This document shows, piece after piece, positions 8,830 through 16,358 of a stretch of DNA of 32,000 nucleotides (position 1 is its first letter; each line of letters opens with the position of its first letter). This DNA is from Acaryochloris thomasi RCC1774 (lineage in GTDB: Bacteria; Cyanobacteriota; Cyanobacteriia; Thermosynechococcales; Thermosynechococcaceae): positions 60,001 through 92,000 of the forward strand of contig NZ_PQWO01000006.1 of assembly GCF_003231495.1 (NCBI RefSeq). Direction: 5' to 3'. The translations under genes and the position numbers were made by a program. A model generated the notes under the pieces. It did not search any database. It saw only the letters and a list, made by a program, of their open reading frames with translations, and was not told where the DNA came from.

Positions 8830-9999
8830 ATGAAGATTGTTGTTTTGGGTGGTGATGGTTTTTGCGGTTGGCCGACGGCGCTGCATCTATCAAACCTTGG
8901 ACACGACATTGTCATTGTCGATAACTTGTCGAGACGCAACATCGACAACGAGTTAGAAGTTTACTCTCTAACCCCCATTAGCTCTATGACAGTGCGCCTG
9001 CAGGCTTGGAAAGAGGTCTCAGGCAAAACACTGGAGTTTCGGAATTTTGATATTGCTAAGGAGTACGATCAGCTCCTGAATCTGTTTACGACTGAGCGAC
9101 CTGATGCGGTGGTGCATTTTGCCGAACAACGAGCGGCTCCCTACTCCATGAAGTCGTCTAAGCACAAGCGCTATACCGTTGATAATAATCTCAATGCCAC
9201 AAATAACGTTCTCTGTGCGGTGGTGGAGTCAGGACTCGATATCCATGTGGTTCATCTGGGTACGATGGGGGTCTACGGCTACGGCACGGCGGGGATGAAG
9301 ATTCCCGAAGGCTATCTCGATATTCAGGTGGTGACGGATACTGGAGCGGTGATTACAAAGGAGATTCTGCATCCGGCGAATCCAGGCAGTATTTACCACA
9401 TGACCAAAACTCAGGATCAGCTTTTCTTTGCTTACTACAATAAGAATGATCAGGTTCGCGTCACGGATCTGCATCAGGGTATTGTTTGGGGCACGAATAC
9501 GGCTGAAACGAAGAAGGATGAGCGGCTGGTTAATCGATTTGACTATGATGGCGATTATGGAACAGTCCTCAATCGCTTTTTGATGCAGGCGGCGATTGGT
9601 TACCCTTTGACCGTTCACGGCACTGGGGGACAAACCCGTGCTTTTATTCACATTCAAGATACGGTGCGGTGCGTGCAGTTGGCGATTGAGAATCCGCCGC
9701 CGGTTGGGGATCGGGTCCAGATTCTAAATCAGATGACGGAGACTCACCGGGTCCGGGCTTTGGCTGAGCTTGTTTCTAAGATTACCGGAGCTGAGATTGA
9801 GTATTTAGAGAATCCTAGAAATGAAGCGGCTGAGAATGAGCTGTATGTAGATAATCAGTGCTTTTTAGATCTAGGGCTAGAGCCCACGAAGCTTAATGAA
9901 GGGCTGCTTAAAGAAGTAACTGAGGTGGCGGCGAAGTATGTGGATCGTTGCGATCGCAACAAGATCCTCTGCACCTCAAAATGGCGTCAGAAGAAGTAG
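8830..9999 (+). CDS. sqdB: UDP-sulfoquinovose synthase
   Basis: 389-aa ORF. GGDGFCGWPTALHLS, HFAEQRAAPYSM, LGTMGVYG, YHMTKTQD, LNRFLMQAAIGYPLTVHGTGGQTRAFIHIQDTV are collinear with plant SQD1 and cyanobacterial SqdB as I recall them. Confidence 0.9.
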   Translation: MKIVVLGGDGFCGWPTALHLSNLGHDIVIVDNLSRRNIDNELEVYSLTPISSMTVRLQAWKEVSGKTLEFRNFDIAKEYDQLLNLFTTERPDAVVHFAEQRAAPYSMKSSKHKRYTVDNNLNATNNVLCAVVESGLDIHVVHLGTMGVYGYGTAGMKIPEGYLDIQVVTDTGAVITKEILHPANPGSIYHMTKTQDQLFFAYYNKNDQVRVTDLHQGIVWGTNTAETKKDERLVNRFDYDGDYGTVLNRFLMQAAIGYPLTVHGTGGQTRAFIHIQDTVRCVQLAIENPPPVGDRVQILNQMTETHRVRALAELVSKITGAEIEYLENPRNEAAENELYVDNQCFLDLGLEPTKLNEGLLKEVTEVAAKYVDRCDRNKILCTSKWRQKK

Positions 10000-10000
10000 G

Positions 10001-11398
10001 CTAAACAATCATCTCTTCTAAAGACGTCTGCAGTTCTCGCGTCAGCGCTTCAACTTCTTGACGGGCGTGGCGACGGTCTTTTTGATAGGTCGGGAATCGT
10101 TCTGTCACCGATAGCGGTTTACCCACCGTAATGCGTAGTGACTTGAGACCCAAATCTGGCGGACTGTGGGGATCGCCACCCTTTAGATGTTCAACAATCT
10201 TCCAGACAATTAGAATGGTCTCTGCAAACCGATCAATGCTGGGCTTCTGCAAAATATAGTGGCCCGTAACCGAAGACAGTCGCTCCACAATTCTCATGTG
10301 GTTGAGCTTGAGGCTGGCCTCCTCTGCTGTCCAGTCCGCTAAGCCCTGCTCCAAGGGTGAAAGTTCCTCGATATCTCGATAAATGTGTGACCAACCGGCC
10401 TGCTCAATCTTTCGGCAGCGATCAGATAGGCTACCTTTAGGCTCTAGCCCAAAGTACTCTTCCGCGACCTGTAGCACCACCTCTAAACGAGATTTTAGAC
10501 GCTTCGTCAAATACTGATTGCGATGGCAGCCGTTCACTTCTGGCTCAGCCGTCGCTATCTCAGGGAAGGTGCGATGGTAGTAGCGGGCATAGAAGCCCTC
10601 CATGATCTCTAAGAGATGATCGCTTAAGCGCAACAACCGACCATAAAGTGCATCCGCCTGCGCATCGGCAAGATGTCCCTTCGGTATGCTCATCTCTGGA
10701 GAAATACCTGCTGTCGTCTCCATTTCAGTCAGCAGATCTTCGAGTGGTGACCAGGACAGATCCCGATAGGAATACTGAATCCCGATTGGGACAACGTAGA
10801 CAGACTCAGGCCGGTTTGCCTTGTGCAAATCATCCGCACACCAAAACCCAAGCTGAGCGGCACCAGGCTCTAGCGAGCCTACCATCTCACTATGCTCATT
10901 TGCGCCGCCCTCGGGCGCTAATGAAAGCGGAATCACGCCGTTGGCCATTAAATCTCTCGCCGCCTTCAATCCCTGGCGATCGGCCTTACCCCGAAAAATG
11001 GGGGTGCCGCCCAGCCGAGGGAACAGCCAAGTCACAAATTCCCCCGCCCACAGAGGAATCCCTCGGTCGTACATGAAATGACTACGGACCGGTTCTTTAA
11101 ACTTGACGCCCATTCGCCTTGCTGCTTTGGGGACCGCATACCACAGCAAATAAGCCATCACAAACGGATCTGCCGTACCCGGATGCCGAAACGTTAGCAG
11201 CATCCTGACCTTATCGGCCTGAAATTTCTGATAAAGCTCTACTAAGACTTCAGTATTCTCTGTCTGAATTGAGGCAATGGAGAGCTTGTATCGCATCCAT
11301 GCCGGGAGCAAGAACTTAACGACCCTAATGACCAGCGGATCCAGCCTTTGCGGCAGAAATTTGAGAGGCGGCTGAACTTTACGGACGGGCTGCGGCAA
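10001..11398 (-). CDS. Glycerolipid acyltransferase (PlsC/GPAT superfamily, long 465-aa form)
   Basis: It has an HX4D motif (FRHPGTADP) and a downstream PEGG motif (SLAPEGGANEHS). The only in-frame start upstream of the conserved-looking N-terminus is TTG at 11398, so the start is uncertain. The next in-frame ATG is at 11296. Its stop lies 1 nt from the sqdB stop (convergent). Confidence 0.6.
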   Translation of the reverse strand: MPQPVRKVQPPLKFLPQRLDPLVIRVVKFLLPAWMRYKLSIASIQTENTEVLVELYQKFQADKVRMLLTFRHPGTADPFVMAYLLWYAVPKAARRMGVKFKEPVRSHFMYDRGIPLWAGEFVTWLFPRLGGTPIFRGKADRQGLKAARDLMANGVIPLSLAPEGGANEHSEMVGSLEPGAAQLGFWCADDLHKANRPESVYVVPIGIQYSYRDLSWSPLEDLLTEMETTAGISPEMSIPKGHLADAQADALYGRLLRLSDHLLEIMEGFYARYYHRTFPEIATAEPEVNGCHRNQYLTKRLKSRLEVVLQVAEEYFGLEPKGSLSDRCRKIEQAGWSHIYRDIEELSPLEQGLADWTAEEASLKLNHMRIVERLSSVTGHYILQKPSIDRFAETILIVWKIVEHLKGGDPHSPPDLGLKSLRITVGKPLSVTERFPTYQKDRRHARQEVEALTRELQTSLEEMIV

Positions 11399-11480
11399 AA
11401 TCTGACGGCTCCGGGCATTTGTGGTTATCTTTAAGTTTAATGAATCACTTGCTAGCTTAACGACCCCACTGGTGCGCTTT

Positions 11481-12170
11481 ATGAACCGTCCGCTCCTTGA
11501 TCGACCCTACGCAACCGTTGTCTTTGCCATGAGTGCCGATGGCAAGATTGCCGCTGACGATGCCCAGCCGTCTTTCGGCTCGGATGCTGACTATAAACAT
11601 CTCGAATGTCAGGTGGCAGCGGCTGATGCCGTTTTAGTCGGTGCTGGCACGATGCGAGCGGGTGGCTCTGCCATGCGAGTGCAGGATTCTGAACTGATTC
11701 AGGCTCGACAGCAAGAGGGTAAATCAGAGCAGCCTGCGCAAATTGTCTGCACTCGCTCAGGCAAGATTGATTCTGACTTGCCATTTTTTAGCCAAGCCGT
11801 TCCTCGTTGGCTGCTGACGACACAGAAGGGCGCTCAGAAATGGCAAGAAAACTCTCATTTTGATCAAGTTCTGATCCACGAGACTTCAGAACAGTCGGTG
11901 GATTGGCAACCTGCTTTCAAGCAACTTAAGGCGCTGGGTGTCGAGAAATTAGCGGTTCTAGGTGGCGGCGCAATTGTGGCAGCCCTGCTAAAAGCCGGAC
12001 TGATTGACGAATTTCATCTAACCGTTTGCCCTTTGTTCTTAGGTGGGGCAGAGCGGCCTACACCTGTCGGAGGGCCAGGTTTTTCAGAGGACGATGCGCC
12101 TAAATTGACGCTACTGAAGCTACAGCAGGTTGAGCAGGAGATTTTCTTGCATTACAAAGTAGAACATTGA
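11481..12170 (+). CDS. RibD C-terminal domain / dihydrofolate-reductase-like reductase
   Basis: RPYATVVFAMSADGKIA and VLVGAGTMRAGG are typical of RibD_C-family proteins. I prefer the ATG at 11481 (MNRPLLDRPY...) over the track's GTG at 11421, which would leave only 22 nt to the divergent neighbour. Confidence 0.65.
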   Translation: MNRPLLDRPYATVVFAMSADGKIAADDAQPSFGSDADYKHLECQVAAADAVLVGAGTMRAGGSAMRVQDSELIQARQQEGKSEQPAQIVCTRSGKIDSDLPFFSQAVPRWLLTTQKGAQKWQENSHFDQVLIHETSEQSVDWQPAFKQLKALGVEKLAVLGGGAIVAALLKAGLIDEFHLTVCPLFLGGAERPTPVGGPGFSEDDAPKLTLLKLQQVEQEIFLHYKVEH

Positions 12171-12248
12171 CATCTGTGTTCCTAAGAGATTCTATGCAGC
12201 ATTGACACAGTACTAAGGAAGTAGAGATCTCTCACAGGCATCAGTTCT

Positions 12249-12701
12249 ATGGCTTTAAAGCTCAGAAAATCCTTTGTTCTCATGGGTTCCGCCAGCATTT
12301 GGCTGATGATTGTTGGCGTTGCTCGGCCCGTGAGTGGAGAACAGAAACCAGGCACAGATGGCTCTCAGGTTGTTCAGTCTACATCGCGCCAAAATTCTGA
12401 TTCATCCATTGCTGTTGAGTGGTTAAGAATCAAGGTTGATCCGGCACGGCGGCAGGAGTATTTACAGAAAGATGCTGAGATCTGGACGCCAGCGCTCAAG
12501 CGTTATCCAGGATTTATCGATAAAACGGTCTGGCTCAATCCCGATAACAATGCGGAGATTATCATCGTGGTGCGCTGGGCATCGCGGGAGCAGTGGTTTT
12601 CAATCCCCAAGGCTGATTTGGAAGCTATTCAGGCGCAGTTTGATCAAGCCTTCCCCTTTGAACACCGCATCAAGGAAGTGCAGGAATATCAGGCTTTATA
12701 G
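12249..12701 (+). CDS. Small secreted protein, possibly ABM/Dabb-fold (cyanobacteria-restricted family)
   Basis: 150-aa ORF with a signal-peptide-like N-terminus (LRKSFVLMGSASIWLMIVGVARPVSG). The body (VEWLRIKVDPARRQEYLQKDAEIWTPALKRYPGFIDKTVWLNP...IIIVVRWASREQW) has the beta-alpha-beta rhythm of monooxygenase-like Dabb domains. Function is unknown. Confidence 0.45.
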   Translation: MALKLRKSFVLMGSASIWLMIVGVARPVSGEQKPGTDGSQVVQSTSRQNSDSSIAVEWLRIKVDPARRQEYLQKDAEIWTPALKRYPGFIDKTVWLNPDNNAEIIIVVRWASREQWFSIPKADLEAIQAQFDQAFPFEHRIKEVQEYQAL

Positions 12702-12804
12702 GTTGCAGGCTGGCACAACGCTGGCATTTTCTCTGGTCTGAAAAAATTTTGACTGCATTATTGGAACAGATGATTTACCTTAAAAAGAGTTTTCGGGTCT
12801 GGCA

Positions 12805-13971
12805 ATGGTCAATCAAGTGCAGCTCTCTCTGGCCTGGGTCGATAAGATCCGTGATATTTCGCAGGCAGAATGGGATGCGCTGGCGCTGCCTCTGGCGACT
12901 CCGTTTCTGGAGTGGCAGTGGCTCAATAATTTAGAAACGTCCGGTAGTGCGACGTCGAAGACCGGCTGGCTACCGAATCACCTAACCGTGTGGCGAGACC
13001 GCAACCTGATCGCGGCGGCCCCGCTTTATATCAAGGGCCACAGCTATGGCGAATTTGTTTTCGATCATCAATGGGCGGATCTATCGCATCGGTTAGGGGT
13101 CAATTACTATCCCAAGCTTTTGGGCATGACACCCTTCACTCCGGCAGAGGGCTATCGGTTTTTAATCGCGCCGGGTGAAGATGAGGAGCTACTAACGGGG
13201 CTGATGGTGGAGGCGATTGATCAGTTTTGCGATCGCAACCAGCTCTCCGGCTGCAATTTTCTCTTTGTTGACCCGGAGTGGCGTCCTGTCATCGAACGCC
13301 ACGGTTTTACAAGCTGGCTCCACCACAGCTATATCTGGCAGAATCAAGACTTTGGCTGCTTTGACGATTATCTAGGGGTTTTCAACGCCAACCAACGCCG
13401 CAACATTAAACGAGAGCGTAAAGCCGTTAGTAAGGCCGAACTCAAGCTCCAGACCTTTACTGGAGATGCGATACCCACAGAGCTTTATAAGCTCATGCAC
13501 CACTTTTATCGCGATACCTGCGAGAAGTTTATGTGGGGCAGCAAGTATCTGACACAACGCTTTTTTGAACAGCTTGAAGAGAGTTATCGCGATCGCATCC
13601 TCTTCGTTGCTGCTTACGATATACAAGGTATACAACAACAGCCAGTGGGCATGTCCTTTTGTTTAACTAAGGGCGATCAGCTCTATGGCCGCTACTGGGG
13701 GGCCTTTCAAGATATTGACTGCCTCCATTTTGATGCCTGCTACTATACGCCGATTGAATGGGCGATTGACAACGGCATTCGTCGATTTGATCCAGGGGCG
13801 GGGGGACGCCACAAAAAGCGACGGGGGTTCAAAGCTACACCCAATCACAGCGTCCATAAGTTCTACAATCCTCGGCTACAGCGGATTTTGCTGAACTATA
13901 TTGGCGAAGTGAATGAAATGGAGCAGCAAGAGATTGATCACATCAACCAAGATCTGCCGCTCAAGTCGTAG
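12805..13971 (+). CDS. FemAB-like / DUF482 (PF04339) GNAT-fold acyltransferase-like protein
   Basis: 388-aa ORF. WDALALPLATPFLEWQWLNNLETSGS, PLYIKGHSYGEFVFDHQWADLSHRLGVNYYPKLLGMTPFTPAEGYRFL and RFDPGAGGRHKKRRGF match the strongly conserved blocks of PF04339 proteins as I recall them. Confidence 0.7.
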   Translation: MVNQVQLSLAWVDKIRDISQAEWDALALPLATPFLEWQWLNNLETSGSATSKTGWLPNHLTVWRDRNLIAAAPLYIKGHSYGEFVFDHQWADLSHRLGVNYYPKLLGMTPFTPAEGYRFLIAPGEDEELLTGLMVEAIDQFCDRNQLSGCNFLFVDPEWRPVIERHGFTSWLHHSYIWQNQDFGCFDDYLGVFNANQRRNIKRERKAVSKAELKLQTFTGDAIPTELYKLMHHFYRDTCEKFMWGSKYLTQRFFEQLEESYRDRILFVAAYDIQGIQQQPVGMSFCLTKGDQLYGRYWGAFQDIDCLHFDACYYTPIEWAIDNGIRRFDPGAGGRHKKRRGFKATPNHSVHKFYNPRLQRILLNYIGEVNEMEQQEIDHINQDLPLKS

Positions 13972-14192
13972 CTTTCGCGTCGATGGTCATGGTTCCCCGC
14001 CCGGAACCTCCGTAAAATTACGCAAATAAGTGAGTGGATCTGCGGTCTTGATGGGCATCCTGGCGATAAGCAGGCTCCTATGTCAGTCTATGTCCTGCAA
14101 TGCAGTGATTGAATAAGCCCTCAGTACAGGGTTTGGATCACAGTGCCTTCAGGATCAAAAAACTAAGCTAGAGCTAGCCAACAATCGATTCA

Positions 14193-15215
14193 ATGGGTGT
14201 AGACATGACGACTTGGTATTTCAGTTACGGTGCAGACCGGATTGGCCCTCTAGAAGAGCAGCAAGCCATTGCTCAAGCCCAACAAAATCCCAACGGCCAC
14301 TGCTGGAAACAGGGATTCACCGACTGGCTCCCCATTGGGCAAGTGCCTGAACTTAATCCGAGCGCACGCGCGATGCCCTCGACTCCGCCGCCGCCGACCC
14401 CAGGGACGGATCATGAAATTGACTACAAGCTCTACGGCGAAGATATGCAGTTCGTTGAGATTGAGTTAGACCCGGGGGAAAGTGCGATCGCAGAAGCCGG
14501 AGCCATGATGTATAAAGATGCATCGGTTCAGCTTGAGACGATCTTTGGTGACGGCTCCAACAAAGCAGCAGGCGGTGGCTTAATGGATAAGCTCGTCGGA
14601 GCCGGTAAGCGCCTCGTCACTGGTGAGAGTCTATTCACCACCGTCTTTACCCACACAGGTCGAGGCAAAGCCCACGTTGCGTTCGCTGCACCCTACCCCG
14701 GAACCATTATCCCAGCGAAGCTCAGCGACTATGGCGGACGGCTGATCTGTCAAAAAGACAGCTTTCTTTGTGCAGCTAAAGGTGTCCAGATTGGCATCCA
14801 TTTTCAGAAAAAGATTCTCACGGGCTTGTTCGGCGGCGAGGGCTTCATCATGCAAAAGCTTGAGGGCAATGGCATGACGTTCTTACATGCAGGCGGCACT
14901 ATCGTTGAACGAGAGTTGAAAGCCGGTGAAACGCTCCACGTCGATACCGGCTGTCTTGTGGCCCTGACCGATTCAGTGAACTACACCATCGAGCAGGTGG
15001 GCAGTATCAAGTCAGCGCTTTTTGCTGGAGAAGGCTTATTCTTAGTCCATCTCACCGGACCGGGCAAAATCTGGCTACAGTCTTTGCCCTTCTCGCGGAT
15101 GGCAGGCCGGATGTTAGCCGCATCGCCGGAGCGCGGTGGCCGCCGTGGCGAAGGATCAGAGCTGGGGGCTATTGGGGCGCTGGGAGCCTTGGGCAATCTC
15201 TTAGACGGAGATTAA
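14193..15215 (+). CDS. GYF_2 (DUF4339) domain fused to a TIGR00266/AIM24-family domain
   Basis: The N-terminus WYFSYGADRIGPLEEQQAIAQAQQNPNGHCWKQGFTDWLPIGQVPEL fits the GYF_2 pattern. It is followed by a P-rich linker (PSTPPPPTPG). The rest (EIDYKLYGEDMQFVEIELDPGESAIAEAGAMMY...GEGFIMQKLEGNGMTFLHAGGTIVERELKAGETLHVDTGCLVA...GPGKIWLQSLP) is typical of AIM24/TIGR00266. A second in-frame ATG at 14205 is an alternative start. Confidence 0.7.
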   Translation: MGVDMTTWYFSYGADRIGPLEEQQAIAQAQQNPNGHCWKQGFTDWLPIGQVPELNPSARAMPSTPPPPTPGTDHEIDYKLYGEDMQFVEIELDPGESAIAEAGAMMYKDASVQLETIFGDGSNKAAGGGLMDKLVGAGKRLVTGESLFTTVFTHTGRGKAHVAFAAPYPGTIIPAKLSDYGGRLICQKDSFLCAAKGVQIGIHFQKKILTGLFGGEGFIMQKLEGNGMTFLHAGGTIVERELKAGETLHVDTGCLVALTDSVNYTIEQVGSIKSALFAGEGLFLVHLTGPGKIWLQSLPFSRMAGRMLAASPERGGRRGEGSELGAIGALGALGNLLDGD

Positions 15216-15272
15216 TCAAGCTGCATTCTAACGGCGGACGCAGAATCTAAGACTCTCTTCTTTTTCTGTGGC

Positions 15273-15300
15273 TATACCGTCTCCCAAAAGAGGCGGTATA
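15273..15300 (+). terminator. Possible stem-loop terminator after the GYF-AIM24 gene
   Basis: TATACCGTCTC-CCAAAA-GAGGCGGTATA forms an 11-bp stem with one G-U pair. It lies 58 nt after the stop at 15215. The trailing U-tract is weak (CTGTCTT). Confidence 0.35.
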
Positions 15301-15327
15301 CTGTCTTAGTGCTGAAAAGCACGTTTA

Positions 15328-15401
15328 GGGCATGTAGCTCAGATGGATAGAGCATCAGATTCCGGTTCTGAGGGTCGGGGGTTCGAATCCCTCCATGCTC
15401 G
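15328..15401 (+). tRNA. tRNA-Arg (anticodon CCG)
   Basis: Hand-folded cloverleaf: acceptor GGGCATG/CATGCTC, D arm GCTC-AGATGGATA-GAGC, anticodon arm TCAGA-TTCCGGT-TCTGA (anticodon CCG), variable loop GGGTC, T arm GGGGG-TTCGAAT-CCCTC, discriminator G. 74 nt, CCA not encoded. Confidence 0.9.
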
Positions 15402-15561
15402 TTAGAGGCAAAGGCTTCAAATAGTTATCACAATAGGAATGTCTGTATTCTTGGAAATCCTTATGCTGACCTGAAATTTTGGGCTGTCGAGACACCCATC
15501 GGGTGAGACAATACGATATGTGTCGGATACGCACGACCCTCAATAACCAGGTAAGGAATAA

Positions 15562-16095
15562 ATGTTTAAACGGATTGCTGCGATCGCAATAGTCATGCTC
15601 ATGCTGACGGGCTGTGTCAGTCCCGATGCGGGTTTGAAAAGTTTTTCAGACAACATTGACGGCTACAACTTTCTCTACCCCAATGGCTGGGTGTCAGTGC
15701 AGGTGTCAGGAGGGGCTGATGTTGTCTATCGTGATCTCATTGAAGAGACAGAGAATGTCAGCGTCGTCGTTAGTCCGGTTTCTGGAGAGCGCAACTTAAC
15801 CGATTTGGGTGACCCTACTGCAGTCGCTAACGGTATTCTGAATGCCGTCATCGCTCCACCCGATTCAGGTGTTAAAGCCTCTCTGGTCTCAGCAGCCTCT
15901 CGCGAAGAGGAAGACAAGACTTATTACAAGCTGGATTACAAGGTAGAGCTACCCATCGGCAATCGCCATAACCTATCGAGCGTTGTCGTGCGTCGGGGTA
16001 AGCTATTCACCCTGAATATCTCAGCTCCAGAGGCGCGTTGGGAAACAGTGGAACCTCTCTTTCAGGAAGTGGTCGATTCATTCTCGGTGTACTAA
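15562..16095 (+). CDS. psbP: CyanoP (PsbP-like photosystem II lipoprotein)
   Basis: 177-aa ORF with the lipobox LMLTGC. It then has DGYNFLYPNGWVSVQVSGGADVVYRDLIEETENVSVVVSPV and GKLFTLNISAPEARW, typical of cyanobacterial PsbP homologues. There is an SD-like AGGTAAGGA upstream. Confidence 0.85.
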   Translation: MFKRIAAIAIVMLMLTGCVSPDAGLKSFSDNIDGYNFLYPNGWVSVQVSGGADVVYRDLIEETENVSVVVSPVSGERNLTDLGDPTAVANGILNAVIAPPDSGVKASLVSAASREEEDKTYYKLDYKVELPIGNRHNLSSVVVRRGKLFTLNISAPEARWETVEPLFQEVVDSFSVY

Positions 16096-16104
16096 TATTT
16101 GGCT

Positions 16105-16130
16105 AGGGTCCCAACTCGGGACCCTTTTAT
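16105..16130 (+). terminator. Rho-independent terminator of the psbP-like gene
   Basis: AGGGTCCC-AACTC-GGGACCCT is an 8-bp GC-rich stem with a 5-nt loop, followed directly by TTTTAT. It lies 10 nt after the stop. Confidence 0.75.
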
Positions 16131-16158
16131 CCTTGTATATGGCATCTCTGTATATTTA

Positions 16159-16231
16159 GGGGAATTAGCTCAGCTGGTAGAGTGCTGCGATCGCACCGCA
16201 GAGGTCAGGGGTTCGAATCCCCTATTCTCCA
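16159..16231 (+). tRNA. tRNA-Ala (anticodon CGC)
   Basis: Hand-folded: acceptor GGGGAAT/ATTCTCC with the Ala identity pair G3:U70, D arm GCTC-AGCTGGTA-GAGT, anticodon arm CTGCG-ATCGCAC-CGCAG (anticodon CGC), T arm AGGGG-TTCGAAT-CCCCT, discriminator A. 73 nt. Confidence 0.9.
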
Positions 16232-16358
16232 TTTTCCTAGAAGAACGAACCTCGGTTTTACAAAATCAGAGATTCCATCACGAAAGGCTTGAGCTAAGTT
16301 AGGCGAGTGAGCGGCCCATGTAGACTTGAATGATTGCAATCCAGCCCCCCGCCTGCAA

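Noticed and set aside
9229-9657. 142-aa minus-strand ORF inside sqdB. The same applies to 10648-11076 (+) inside the acyltransferase gene, 17247-17708 (-) inside the KS gene, 19766-20224 (-) inside the membrane-protein gene, and 27753-28088 (-) inside the hybrid kinase gene.
   Set aside because: Each is nested opposite a gene whose product shows unambiguous family motifs. None has a motif or a sensible start context.
11421-11480. GTG start at 11421 for the RibD_C-like gene, and TTG starts at 16326, 18291 and 23025 for other genes
   Set aside because: Downstream ATGs (11481, 16359, 18306, 23076) give N-termini that match family expectations and leave plausible intergenic or SD space. The longer versions add non-conserved-looking residues. 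Not proven either way.
12436-12934. ORFs 12436-12741 (+) and 12749-12934 (+)
   Set aside because: The first is an out-of-frame overlap of the 150-aa secreted-protein gene. The second overlaps the start of the FemAB-like gene in another frame. Neither has motifs.
15355-15543. 62-aa minus-strand ORF next to the psbP-like gene
   Set aside because: Its 3' end overlaps the tRNA-Arg gene (15328-15401). The C-terminal peptide MEGFEPPTLRTGI is just the reverse translation of the T-arm and anticodon arm.
15328-16231. tRNA-flanked segment (tRNA-Arg, psbP-like gene, tRNA-Ala) as a possible genomic island or integration site
   Set aside because: I saw no integrase, no direct repeat of a tRNA 3' end, and no compositional shift. 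The cargo is a core photosystem II accessory gene.
16099-16302. 67-aa plus-strand ORF after the psbP-like gene
   Set aside because: It runs through the terminator hairpin and the whole tRNA-Ala gene (ELAQLVECCDRTAEVRGSNP is the tRNA read as protein). It is not coding.
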